Origin: the human T2T-CHM13v2.0 reference genome, Homo sapiens
Direction: 5' to 3' (one strand)
Length of the DNA: 64,000 nt
Assembly (NCBI RefSeq): GCF_009914755.1
Contig: NC_060947.1
The translations under genes and the position numbers were made by a program. The notes below the pieces were generated by a model. The model was not told where the DNA came from. It was given only the letters and a program-made list of their open reading frames with translations, and did not search any database. Each line of letters starts with the position of its first letter. The stretch's first letter is position 1. Positions 11,721 through 26,979 of this stretch are shown here, piece after piece.

Positions 11721-14389
11721 GAATCCAGAGCCCCGGGCTCCCTTTCCAGGATTGCTTTCACTTTTCTTCTCTGAGATGATACCTGTTTCCATAGTTTGAC
11801 CCTCACCCAAATTTCGCACCTTCTATGGAATGTGGAGGGAATCCCCAAGGTCTCCAGAGTCCCCCTTCCCCCATCCTTTGTGAGCCTGGCTTTCGGCAGG
11901 CCTTTTTCCTTGAAAAGTCTAAATATTGAGAGGAAAATCTTGTCTGGGCCCAAACCGGAGGTCAGGCTGAGGACAAAGTGAGGAGGCCTGTACCAGCCTT
12001 GTCTGCTACTGTGTGTGGGATGTGGCAGGGAGCCCGGCGAACTTGGGTCTCTAGCCTAAGGACATTAAGTGGCATCAGTGGCTGCCAGGGCCAGGTGAGC
12101 TGAGGCAGCAAAGAATCTAGTTCCACCACTAGTTCAAGAATATCCAGAAGGCCCAGCCCTAAAACTCTGTGTGTGTCTAAAAAGGGAGGTGGGTGGATTA
12201 AAGCTGAGGATAGAGAGAAGGATTAGAGAACAATGCGTGCTATTTTTGCATTGCAGGAGTGTTCTCTGCTGCTTCTGGGTCCTGACAGTCTTGAAAAGAT
12301 CCAGCTGCTGAACTGGTAAGAGGTGGACTGCTGCCTCTGCATGTGTAGAGCACAGGAACTGACATGGCTGCTAGGGATCTGACTCTAGCTCTACCTCAGA
12401 CTTGCTGGACACCTTGGCCAATTCATTTTTTTCTCTGGGCCAGGGCATCACCCCACCTCCACAAGGAGAGGGTAAGCATCATCAGGCTCCCTTGATATCT
12501 TTGAGATCTGACAGTTCAACTCATTTTTTTCTATAATATTCCATGATCTTCCACGGAATATTATAGAAAATATAGATGTTCCATGACCTTCCATGGCATT
12601 CTATACATTGCCAACAAAAATCAATATTGAACATCAGACTCCCATCCTAGTACTGAGTCTAAATAAACGATGAGGAGTAGGGAGCTGCTGCTGGCTCATT
12701 ATGCAACTTTTTTCCCATCTGGATGGCTGGACTATAAAAGTTTCCCTGGGGCTATGCTTTCCTGCTTTGCAAAGTCCTGATTCTCATTTGTGGGCCTGAT
12801 TTGGAAGTTTATTTTCTTTTCCAGAATCTCCATTATAGACTTCCTCCCTACCTCGTGCCTCTGGTCACTGCCACTTGCTCACATTTCACTCAGAACCTTG
12901 ATTCTTTGAATTAGACTAAGATTATGAGAAGGCAGTTTGCAAACCTGGGGTCCAGGGAAACAAAGGGCCAGAGCAGTCTCAGTTGTGGAAGCAGGGAGAG
13001 AGGAGGTGTGCAAAGTAGTCAGGTGGCAGGCTTGAAATAGTCCCAGGCACTATTGTGCTGCTCCTGTCACAGGGGCTAGTCTTCTATGCCTTCTGCCCAG
13101 CCACCAAACATTCTGTCACACCAGTCAGTTTTTGGAGTGACTAGTGTGGGAGGAACAATTCGTGAGAAATTGAGCTAAACCCAAAAGAAATGGGGCTTCA
13201 GGAAAAAAAATATTCTTTGTGATCCTAGAGAACTCCCAGCTGAGCACCCTTCTTTATGGTCCAGATATTACTGAGTCTTGGGAGGATACTGTATGTGTGT
13301 ATTAAAGGGGAAAAGATGTGGGAGGGGACAACACAGCTTCTTGTTTGCATAGCTCACTTCTCTCCAGGGACGATGTATGGAAAGACCAAGTGTGTGCATA
13401 AACTTGCACCTCAAAATGCCTCCTCATAGAGAGAGTACTGTAAGACCCCATTCCACATGCTGACTGACACGTGGTCAACTTGCTTAGTCAAGACAGGCAC
13501 TGGTTGTGAGGAGCTGGAAATCTTTCTTAAGTTTGTTTACCTGCAAAATGGAGATAATCCTCGTGCTGCCTAGTGTCTTGTGGCTGCGGTGAAAAGCCCA
13601 TAAGAACAGATGTGTGGGCTGTGTGGAGGCAACTTCATAAACTCAAGTAGACACATCATTACAGGGCACATCATTACAATGCTCATTTCTTTCTTCACCA
13701 AGTATTCCATAGTCATTTCCTCTATGCCAGGCCTGTTGATAGTTATTGGGAGAAGCAGTACAGTGTTAACCTTTTTGAGGCACCTGGGTATGGAGTTCTG
13801 AGAGGAACTGAAATCTACACTAGAGGTCTGGCAAAGGTGTTCTGGAGCATTGCAGATGAAGAGACTCCTTCTCCCCAGGGTGGCAAGGGGTATCAGAGAA
13901 AAGTTCTATGGAGGATAGCTTTGACGGTTGGGTCAAGTCAGAAAAGTAGGGGAAGGATTCCTGCCCAAGCCAAAGCCCATCAGTGAGAGGGTATGGTGGG
14001 TTGGGCAAGAGCTACAATTCTGGATGGCTGTGGCTAAGTATTTGTGTGGTGGGGAGAGGAAGAGCTGGACATTAGACTAGAAAGAAAGGCCTGGGGCCAA
14101 AGTGTAAAAGACCATGACTGCCTGGGTAAATTGAGGCTCAACTAGCTAAGTTCATCTTTTCCAGGAAAGTGGTATGTTGTAGTGGCTCTGCCACCAGACT
14201 GCCTGGGCTGGGATGTGAAGCTTGCCACTTAGGAGCAGTATGATCTGGGCAGGTCAATTTACCTCTCTGAGTCTCAACATTTTTTTCTGCAAAATGAAAA
14301 TAATAGCACCCATGTCAGAGAATTGTGGTAAGAATTGAGTAGTCCATATGAAGTGGCACAGAGGCTAGTACATAAGATGGTATCAATAA

Positions 14390-14795
<406 letters not shown>

Positions 14796-15254
14796 GAAAC
14801 CAGTTTTTAATATAAACACACATGAGCCTATGATTCCTTATGAACAGACTCACTTTATTGTGCAGACCCAGACTCAGTTTCCCAGGGCAGAATATTTTGT
14901 TCATCTTCATATCCTCAGCACTCAACAGAGAGTTTGGCAGAAACTTGTTGATGAGTATGTATTTACTGAACATGAAATGAGGCATTTTCAGGCCTAATAT
15001 CAAGCTTAAGTGCCAGCATCCACCAATGAAGTGTGATGTTACCACTCATTGGGCATCTCCTTTGTGCCAGGCCCTGTGTTAAGTGACACACTCATTACCC
15101 AGAATGATGGACTACACACAGCTTCTGGTCTCAAGGGCAACCAGTCTAGTGGAAGAGGAAGAAAACTCCTGAGTTTCTTACTTGGACAAGGGACTGCTGG
15201 ATGGTGTTGTCATCCACTGAACTGAGTAATATAGGAACAGAATTAGGAAAATGT

Positions 15255-17330
<2,076 letters not shown>

Positions 17331-18116
17331 TGGGAGTGGGGGATGGAATCCAGAGCCCTTACAGATGAATTAACCTTTGCTGGGATGAGGGATCAAGACA
17401 AGAGGGAAAAATGGGTGGACTCAGTAGAGTTTGTTGTTATGGAAGGTTGAAGATGTCACTCCTTATGACCTCTACCTGCTCTGGGAGGAAGGAGGCAAAA
17501 TTCCTAGTTGACAGTGAGAGGAAAAGCAGTACTAGACGGAGGTTCAAGGAAGTCTGTTAATATTGGACAAGGTTTGAAATAGCCACTGCAGACAATGGGC
17601 TAGTTGGTAAAGGTCCAGCTAGGCTGTCACCCAGGAATGTATAGCCACCCCATTCTGTAGTTTTGTGACATCCTGCTTCCTAGCTGTCTGACCTAGAGCA
17701 ACTTCACTTAGCCTACTTAACTTCACTGCACCTGAATTTCCTCATCTATAAAATGGGCATGAATAAAACAAAGCCATTGAAATAAATGAGTTAATCCATG
17801 TGAAGTGATTACTGAGGACACTGCCTGGAACATATAAGTGCTTGATGGAAATCAACTCTTTAGAGTTATTTTTATTTTTGATTGACAAATCATAATTGTG
17901 TACACTTATGGGATATAATATGATGTTTTGATATATGTATACAGTGTGGCATGATTAAATCAAGCTAATTAACATATCCATCACCTTGTTTACCTGTCAT
18001 TGCTTTATGGTAAGACATTTGAAATTTACTCTCTTAGTTACTTTGAAATAAATCATGCATTCTTATTGACTATAGTCACCCTCCTGTGCAATTGATCTCA
18101 AAACCTATTTCTCCTG

Positions 18117-18661
18117 TGTATTAGTCAGTGTTCTCTAGAGGGACAGGACTAATAGGATATATGTATATATGAAAGGGAGTTTATTAAGGAGAATTGACTC
18201 ACACGATCACAAGGTGAAGTCCCACAATAGGCCGTGTGCAAGCTGAGGAGCAAGGAAGCCAGTCCGAGTCACAACACCTCAAAGGTAGGGAAGCTGACAC
18301 TGCAGCCTTCAGTGAATGGTGAAGGCCTGAGAGCACCTGGCAAACCACTGGTGTAAGTCCAAGAGTCCAAAAGCTGAAGAACTTGGAGTCTGATGTTCTA
18401 GGGCAGGAAACATCCAGCACAGGAGAATGAGGAAGGCTGGAAGATTCAGCCAGTCTATTCCTTCCACGTTATTCTGCCTGCTATATTCTAGCCGAGCTGG
18501 CAGCTGATTAGATTGTGCCCACCCAGATTGAGGGTGGGTCTGCCTCTCCCAATCCACTGACTCAAATGTTAATCTCTTTTGGCAACACCCTCACAGATAC
18601 ACCCAGGAACAATACTTTGCATCCTTCAATCTGATCAAGTGGACACTCAATATTAACCATA
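18117..18661 (-). mobile_element. 3' LTR, MLT2A2-type
   Basis: TGTATTAGTCAG.GTTCTCTAGAGGGACAG...ATTAACCAT; includes the GTAGGGAAGCTGACACTGCAGCC segment absent from the shorter LTR at 42214. Confidence 0.85.
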
Positions 18662-19032
18662 AGTCCACGCCTTGTCGACTTGAACCCATACACATCTCCT
18701 GAAATCATATATAATCTTTAAATAAAGACAATAATAATGTCAAAATTAAGCCTAACATAATACAGCTATCCTTTGTACAACCGGAAGCTGACTAATCCTT
18801 AGCCGAAATGCTATTACATAAAGATAACAACACTTAAATGCTGATAGGAAGTCAATAAATCTTATGTCACATGATGAAGGAAAAAGAAAGGAAATAAAGT
18901 GAAGATATTCTCTCAGTACAAGTGTATACATACACAAACATGTTCTTAACAAAATAAGGAGGAAATACTCATGACAATTACAGTCCTTATTTCTGCAACT
19001 GGTCTGCAGCTGTTATTGATGACTATAATCTT

Positions 19033-19410
19033 CTAATACCCATTTGGCATCCCCTTTGCCTTCAGCAAGCAACTCAGCAGGTCGTGGTTTTGTACTGGTG
19101 GAGTGACCCAAACTTCCATTCCTGAAGGGTCTGGGCTATTTGTAGTCCTGCCTGGATTGTGTTGTTGTAGTTTCTCATTGACCTTAATCACAGGGTATGG
19201 TAATACTAAGAGATGCCCGAAGGGACCTCCTGTATTCCACACATACTCTTCCTTACCTCCGTTGTGGAGTAGTAGACTGATTTCATCTTGATAGTCCAGG
19301 TCATTCACCCCAGCCAACATTGGAACTCCCTTCTTAGCCTGTTGACTTAGAGGTAGGAGGAGCCCAAAGTGTCCAGGTGGCAATCTTAACTTCCAGTTTA
19401 ATGGAATCAT
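19033..19410 (-). pseudogene. HERV-L dUTPase remnant
   Basis: IPLNWKLRLPPGHFGLL...AGVNDLDYQDEISLLLHN, degenerate dUTPase motif 3 (GVIDxDY), downstream of integrase as in ERV-L. Confidence 0.85.
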
Positions 19411-19703
19411 TGTTGTGCCTCCTAGTGGCAGTATTCCTCCCTCTGGAACTAAGACCTCTAGGCCAGTAGAAAGTAATGAACATGAAGCAAAAATTTTGTT
19501 AGTGGGTCACTAGGGGTGATAGTGAGTGGTGCTACTTCCACCCATTGATGACTGAACCCTGTGAATCCTGGCTATGAGAGGAACAGTACCATATATATTG
19601 GACACTGATTTAGAGTATACACAGCCTTCTGGAGAATTTTGCCCCAGCCCTACAAAGTATTGTCACCTAGTTCGCATTCTACTTGTGACTTCAAAAGGCC
19701 ATT

Positions 19704-20141
19704 TCACCGTTCTATCATTCCAACTGCTTCAGGATGATGGGAAACATGGTAAGACCAGTGAATTCCATGAGCATGAGCCCACTGTTGCACTTCTTTAGCC
19801 ATAAAGTGAGGGTCTTGGTCAGAGGCAATGCTGTGTGGAATACCATGACTGTGGATAAGGCATTCTGTGAGTCCACAGATGGTAGTCTTTGCAGAATGGT
19901 TGCACACAGGATATGCAAACCCATATCCAGAATAAGTGTCTGTCCTGGGGAGGACAAACCACTGCCCTTTCCATGATGGAAGAGGTGCAATATAATCAAC
20001 CTGCCACAGAGTAGCTGGCTGATCGTCCAGAGGAATGGTGTCATATGGAGGGCTCAGTGTTGGTCTCTGCTGCTGGCAAATTGGGCACTCAGTGGTGGCT
20101 GCAGCCAGGTCAGCCTTGGTGAGTGGAAGTTCTTGTTGCAA
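19704..20141 (-). pseudogene. HERV-L integrase remnant
   Basis: CPICQQ zinc-binding half, WQVDYIAPLP, DTYSGY, GIPHSIASDQ. Confidence 0.9.
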
Positions 20142-21402
20142 AACCCGTGCATAACCTCCATCCTTGGCACCACGACCACTTTGTTCATAGGCTCATTGGG
20201 CTATGATGGTGGTGGCTGGGGAAAGAGGCTGAGTGGCGTCCACAGAATGAGTCATCCTATCCACTTGATTATTAAAATCCTCCTCCGCTGAGGTCACCCT
20301 TTGGTGAGCACTCACATGAGATACAAATATCCTCTTAGTTTTAGACCACTCAGAGAGGTCCATCCACATACCTCTTCCTCAAATTTCTTTGTCACCAATT
20401 TTCCAATCATGCTTATTCCAAGTCCCTGACCATTTAACCAAATTATTGGCTATAGCTCATGAAACAGTAAAAAATCACACATCTGGCCATTCCTCCTTCC
20501 AAGCAAAGTGCACAACCAGGTGCACTGCTCCAAGCTCTGCCCACTGGGAAAATTTCCCTTCACTGCTGTACTTCAGGGATGTCCTAGAAAGGGGCTGCAG
20601 CTGTCCACTTTCGGGTGGTGCCTGCATATCATGCAGAACCATCTGTGAACCAGGTCCTAGTCTTCTCTTCCTCTGTTAACTGATCATAAGAAACTCCCCA
20701 TGAGGCCACTGGTGCAGGCTCGAGGAGAGAAGGCAGGGTGGCAGGAGTGGGGACCATGGACATTTGAGCCATTTCTTCATGTAACTTACTTGTGCCCTCA
20801 GTACCTGCTCAAGCCCAATCTTGTATATACTACCACTTTCATTTGATGATGGAATGCTACTATGCATGCCCCACTTTATGGATAGATGGGTCAGAAAGCA
20901 CCCAGTTCATGACAGGCAGTTCAGGTCGCATGGTGACTTGATGACCCAGAGTCAAAAGTTCAGTTTCCACCAAAGCCCAGTAACAGGCGAGGAGCTGTCT
21001 TTCAAAAGGAGAGTAGTTATCTGCAGAAGATGGCAGGGCCTTGCTCCAAAATCCTAGAGGCCTCCACTGTGATTCACCTGTGGGGGCCTGTCAAAGGCTC
21101 CAAAAAGCATCCCTATCTGCCACTGACATTTTGAGCATCATTGGATCTGTAGGGTCATATGGCCAAAGTGGCAGAGCAGCTTGCACAGCAGCCCGGACCT
21201 ATTTCAGAGCCTTCTCCTGTTCTGGACCCCACTCAAAACTGCTAGCCTTTCAGGTCACTCAATAAATGGGCCAGAGTAACACACCCAAATGAGGAATGTG
21301 TTGCCTCCAAAATCCAAGTAGGTCCACTAGGCATCGTGCCTCTTTCTTGGTTGTAGGAGGGGCCAAATGCAGCAACTTATCCTTCACCTTAGAAGGAATA
21401 TC

Positions 21403-21960
21403 TCAACAGACCCCACACCACTGGACCCCTAGAAATTTTACTGAGGTAGAAGTTCCCTGAATTTTAGTTGGATTTATTTCCCATCCCTTGGCATGCAAAT
21501 GTCTCACCAATAAGTCCAGTGTGTTTGCTACTTCTTGCTCACTGGATCTAATCAGCATAAGGTCATCAATGTAATGGACCAGTGTGATATTTTGTGGAGG
21601 GGAAATGTGATCAAGATCTCTGTGAACAAGATTATGGCATAAAGCTGGAGAGTAGGTATACCCCTGGGGTAAGACAGTGAAGGTATATTTCTGGCCTTGC
21701 CAGCTAAAGGCAAATTGCTTCATATGGTCCTTATGGACAAGAATGAAGAAAAAGGCATTTGCCAAATCAAAGTCTGCATACCAGGTACCAGGAGATGTGT
21801 TAATTTGCTCAAGCAATGAAACCACATCTGGTATAGCAGCTGCAATTGGAGTCACCATTTGGCTAAGCTTATGATAATTTGCTGTCAGTCTCCAAGATTC
21901 ATCTGTCTTCTGTACAGGCCAAATAAGAGTGTTGAATGGGGTTGTGGTGGGAATCACCAC
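21403..21960 (-). pseudogene. HERV-L reverse transcriptase remnant
   Basis: [41 protein letters not shown] motifs; ends in a premature stop. Confidence 0.93.
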
Positions 21961-22499
21961 CCTGCATCTTTTAAGTCCTTGATGGTAGCACTAATCTCTG
22001 CAATCTCTCCAGGGATGTGATATTGTTTTTGATTTACAGCCCTCACCCTACCAGCTAACGAACCAATGTGGGGATTCTGCCAGCTGCTAGGTATGTCTAT
22101 GCCAATTATGCATTCATGTACTGGGGAGTTGACCATAGGTTGAGTCTGGGGACCCACTGGACCCACTGTAAGTCAGACCTGAGCTAAAACTCCACTAATT
22201 ACCTGACCTCCATAAGCCCCTACTTTAACTAGAGAACCACAATGACGTTTTGGGCCCCCTGGAATCAATGTCAGCTCAGAGCCAGTGTCCAGTAGTCCCC
22301 CAAAAATCTAATAATTCCCCTTTCCCCAATGCAGTTACTGTGGTAAAAGGCCAGAAGTCTCCTTGGGGAAGGATGGGAGAAAGATTAACAGCATAAATTG
22401 TTGGTATTGTAGTTGGGTCTTTCCTCAAGGGGATTCGGCTTCCCCTTCATTCAAGGGGTTCTGGGTCTGTAAACTGGTTCAGGTCTGGAAATTGATGGA

Positions 22500-24192
22500 G
22501 GGGCTGTGATTCTATATTTTTACAATTCCAATTAGTCTTTTGTCCACTTGACCTCGAAGTTTTCTGCTCCTACAAATTAAGAAAGAATGCAGTAGGCTTT
22601 CTATCAATTTCATTTCCAGGAATACCGTGTTTAATTGGCCAAAGCCAGAGCTCTGCACAAGTCAGACTATTCTGATGGCTGCTTTGCCTTGCTCTCCATT
22701 ATGGTAACTACACCCATCTTGCCTTTGACGGTTGAGTGCTGCCACTTGACCCCTTCCACCTCAGGATCCAATTATTCCCATTGCATTTAAATTTTTCTAA
22801 TTTAGTTACTGCGGTTCCCAATGTAAGATCTGGCATACAGAGAAGAGCAATCACAGAGCTCTTCAAGGATGCAGGTGTTCCCATCACAAATCTGTTTCAC
22901 AAACTACTGGTGAAGGGTATGTCTTCTGGATCCTCCCAGCTGGGATGAGTAGGTCTAAAGTGATTAATCCACTCTAGCATTCCAATCCTCCTAAGCCTTT
23001 GGATCCCTTCCTCTATAATAAACCAAGGGAGATCAGGCATTTCCAGCTTGCTCACAGTAGGCCATCTTTTGATCCATATTTCAGCTAACCAAGCAAATAA
23101 ACTATTAGAACGTTTATTAACTCCCCAAGCTGCAACATTAAATGCAGGATCCCTGCTTAGTTGGCCCATATCAATAAATTCAGCCTGATCCAACTTTATG
23201 TTCCTTCCACCATTATCCCACACCCTTAGTATCCATTCCCATGCCTGTTCTCCAGATTTCTGCTTATGTAAATTAGAAAACACAAGCAGTTCTTTTGGAG
23301 TGTGTAGTGCACCTCCTTGTGTGTCACACTCTAAACCTCATCTCTAGGGTCTCGCTGGGACTTGAGTCTAGTTATAGGACTAGAAGCAAACAGCGGTGTT
23401 GCGGGTGGGTCCTGAGGAGAATCAGCATTGTCTTGCCTGACAAGTGCCTCAAGGGAGGACATTACTGTTGCCTCAGGAAGTTCATGGTTAATCTCCTCAG
23501 ACAAAGTTGGGAAGGCTGATGGCAACATGGGTAGGGAGGGGATCTGGCCACCACTGGGGGTAAGCAGGCTGTTTTCTCTGGCAAAAAAAGGATAATCACA
23601 ATTTAGGGGCTCAGTGCCCGCAGCCTCATCAGGGTCCTCCCACATGTCCTCATTCCAAATTGCAGGGTCCCACTCTTTTCTAATCAGTGTCCTCACTTTA
23701 ACAATAGACACCTGGTGAGGCTGCGCATGCACCTTTCATTGCAGGTCAGCCACTCGCATGACAAGAATTTGTGTCTGGTTTTACACAATTTCAGCTGTTT
23801 CTCTATAGGAGATAAGACTCTCACTCAGGGCAATCTTAGAAGATTTGAGGATCAGTATGTACTTCTGGGGCTGAGAGTTAGAATCCCTGAGTTCATCATT
23901 TTCTTTCATCATTTTGTCCAGTTAACTTAGGAGCAACCAACCAACATTATTATATTACTTGGTTCTCCACATATGGTCAAAGGTATTATGTATAGTCACT
24001 AAACTCCTTGCCTCTCACAAGCAGTGAATCAGGAGTATCAAATGTGTTTATTTTGCATAACTCTCTAAATAGTTCACACCAAGGACTATCAATGTTCTCC
24101 ATACTATTAGAAGTAGAGTCCTTAGCATTTTGGGTTCTAATCATATTAAGCAGCCAACCCCAGAAACCCCAAAACCAACTAAAGAACTCCAT
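22500..24192 (-). pseudogene. HERV-L gag remnants (fragmented ORFs 23986-24192, 23331-23732, 22897-23283)
   Basis: KSGEQAWEWILRVWDNGGRNIKLDQAEFIDMG and EWDPAIWNEDMWEDPDE are typical ERV-L gag; multiple stops and frameshifts. Confidence 0.85.
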
Positions 24193-24241
24193 CCTTAATA
24201 TTCTGTTTCTCTAGAACCACCCCACATCTGGTACCAAAATC

Positions 24242-24796
24242 TGTAATAGGGTTCTCTAGAGGGACAGGACTAATAGGATATATGTATATGTAAAAGGGAG
24301 TTTATTAAGGAGTATTATTGACTCACACAATCACAAGGTGAAGTCCCACAGTAGGCCTTGTGCAAGTTGAGGAGCAAGAAAACCAGTCTGAGTCGCAACA
24401 CCTCAAATGTAGGGAAGCCAACATTGCAGCCTTCAGTCAGTGGCCAAAGGCCTGAGAGCCCCTGGCAAACCACTGGGGTAAGTCCAAGAGTCCAAAAGCT
24501 GAAGAACTTGGAGTTTGACGATCGAGGGCAGGAAGCATCCAGCACAGGAGAATGGTGAAGGCTGGAAGACTCAGGCAGTCTATTCCTTCCACGTTCTTCT
24601 GCCTGCTTTATTCTAGCCGAGCAGGCAGCTGGTTAGATTGTGCCCACCCAGACTGTGTGAGGCAGGGTCTGCCTCTCCCAGTCCACCGACTCAGATTTTA
24701 ATAATCTCTTTTGGCAACCACCTCACAGACACACCCAGGAACAATACTTTGCATCCTTCAATCCAATCAATTTGACACTCGATATTAACCACCACA
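24242..24796 (-). mobile_element. 5' LTR, MLT2A2-type
   Basis: Diverged direct repeat of 18117-18661; begins TGTGGTGGTTAATA on the minus strand. Confidence 0.85.
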
Positions 24797-26617
24797 TCCC
24801 GTTTATCTGAAACTTTGTACCCTTTGATGAATAATCCCCCATTTCTTTTCCCCCAAAGTCCCCCAGCCTCTGATGACCATCATTCTTCTCTCGATTATTT
24901 AGATTTCTATGATGATTAGTTATTTCTATTTCTTCTATAGTGTTCCTTAGACCAGGCTTAGGAGAGGACAACAACTTGATCCAAAGTTAGTGTGGAGACT
25001 GAAGTGACTGAAGACAGAGTCAAAGATGGACAGTGAGGGAAGGGAAGACAGGGGAGAGGGGAAATGCAGATAAATTAGGCTTGTGTGGTGCCTGAAATGC
25101 AGTTCCTGGCACAGAATAGGTACTCAATAAATATCTGTTGAATAGATTCTGTGGAATCAAACCATAGAGTTCCAGGAATGTAACTTCTGGGAAAGCAAGC
25201 AATTCTGACTAAAAAGGGGAACCTGCATTTCCAGGTAAGGCCAAGGATACTAAAATGGAGAGTGAGGGGTGGTACAAGAGTCAAGAAGGTGAAGGAACTG
25301 CAAGCCAGAGCATTGGAGGTATCACTGGACCAGATTCTGCCACCAGCCTAGCCTCTGATTTTCTCCAGGGAAGAAGCAGCCTACTTGGAGACTGGCAAAG
25401 TAGGAGCTAACAAGTAGGCTAGTAGCTGGAAGTTAATGTCTTCTGTGCCTGTAGGTGGATAGAGCTCAGAAGATACCAGGATGAAACAGATGGTCATTGG
25501 CTTGACTGTTTAGGAGCAGGGTTTCCTCAAGGCTGAGGGAACAATGAAACCCCATTAGAGTTTGGAAATAACCAGCAAAGTAGAATCGGGGCCCCTCTGA
25601 TCCCTAGGCAGGGAGAGGGAGGCCTCTGATCCTCCCATATGCCCAGCCCCTCACTGTAGGCTTAGCCCAGCCCCTTTAGCTTATCCCCAGTCACTGGAGC
25701 TGCCACCTTTTCCTACCTTGCTACATCACTCCTTAGTGCTAAGTTCTATCGGCGGGAGGGCGGGGACCCAGGCCTGGAAAATGAAGTCAGAGCTTGCAAC
25801 CTCCATGCACCACCCCTGCCTCAGTGCTAACATTCACACATGAAGCAAAGCAGCATCTTGGGAAATGACACTGGCTTGGGCATCAAGAGTCTTGTGGGTT
25901 CAGTCCTGGCTCTGCCACTGCCTCACTGTGTCAAGTCCCCTCCCTTCTCTGGGCTTTAGTTGCAACATCTGTACAAAAACTGTTCTGCTTACCTCACAGA
26001 ATTGTTCTAAGAAGTAAATGAAATTATAGATGTGCAAATAACTTGTAAGTAAATTGATATGTGCACACACGACAGTGGTTTAGTTAATGCTAGCAGATAT
26101 GTCCTGGGAAATCAGGGAACATGTTCTCCATATGCTCAGGAAGTCATTCCTGTGAGTATAAGTGTCCCATTCTAAGAACTGAAACCTTCAAGTCTAAAAA
26201 ACCAAGGTATTCATGGCTGTCTTCAGTTTAGTCTGCAACCTAGCTCCTGTTCAAATTCACTGAACTGAAACCAAGCTGCCCTGCATTTTTCCACTTCTAT
26301 GCTTTTGCTCATAGAGTTCCCTCCACTAATACCTTTTGCTTCCTCTCTGCTGATTAAAATTCTTTCCACCTTTCAAAGCAAAGATCAAATACCACCTTCT
26401 CCATCAGGCTGTCAAGTTAGCAGCTGAATGGGGATCTCTCTGGTTTCTGGAGTCCCATGGGCCATTTTACACTTTGGATGTAGTCCTCCGGGGCCATCTT
26501 TTTGAATAAAGCAAAATAATTTTCCCATTGCAGGAGAGAGTGCAGACTGATAGTGGCATGTACAAAGCAGAGCCAAGATCCAGGATAATGGCAGTGTCAG
26601 GAAGGAAGAAAGGGAGG

Positions 26618-26979
26618 TGTCTTAGTCTGCTTGCACTGCTATAACAAAATACCTTAGACTGGGCAATTTAGAAACAACAGAAATTTATTTCTCTCAGTTT
26701 GGGGGGCTGGAAAGTCCAAGATCAAGGTGCCAGCAGATTTGGTGTCCGGTGAGGGCCCACTTTCTAGTTTATTAACAGCATCTTCTTGCTGTGTCCTCAC
26801 ATGGTGAAAGGGGTGAGGGATGTCTTTGGGGCCTCTTTTATAAGGTCACTAATCCCATTCATGAAACTGGAGCCTTCATGATTTAATCACTTCCCAAAGG
26901 CCTCACCACCTAATACTGTCACACTGGAGATTAGGTTCCAACATTTGAATTTGGGAAGTACAACATTAACATGATAGCA
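26618..26979 (-). mobile_element. MLT1A-like MaLR solo LTR
   Basis: TGTCTTAGTC...CTGCTATAACAAAATACC.TAGACTGGG...AAGTCCAAGATCAAGGTGCCAGCAGATT...ATAGCA; 5-bp TSD GGAGG/GGAGA. Confidence 0.85.

Larger units (their letters stand above)
18117..24796 (-). mobile_element. HERV-L provirus, two MLT2A2-type LTRs plus ~5.6 kb internal region, defective
   Basis: Direct-repeat LTRs at 18117-18661 and 24242-24796; 5-bp TSD TCCTG/TCCCG; gag-pro-RT-RH-IN-dUTPase order with no env; internal region starts GATTTTGGTACCAG. Confidence 0.95.
17870..24892 (-). mobile_element. Old L1MA 3' end fragment (17870-18116 and 24797-24892) split by the HERV-L provirus
   Basis: L1MA 3' UTR motifs ATCAAGCTAATTAACATATCCATCACC on the left, continuing as CTGAAACTTTGTACCCTTTGA on the right. 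Confidence 0.75.

Noticed and set aside
9224-11953. Many overlapping 100-200 aa ORFs on both strands
   Set aside because: Expected from stop-codon depletion in a CpG island; low-complexity G/P/A/R content and no recognisable domain.
19033-24192. Domesticated or functional ERV-L gag/pol
   Set aside because: All domains are broken by stops and frameshifts; the longest piece is 185 aa.
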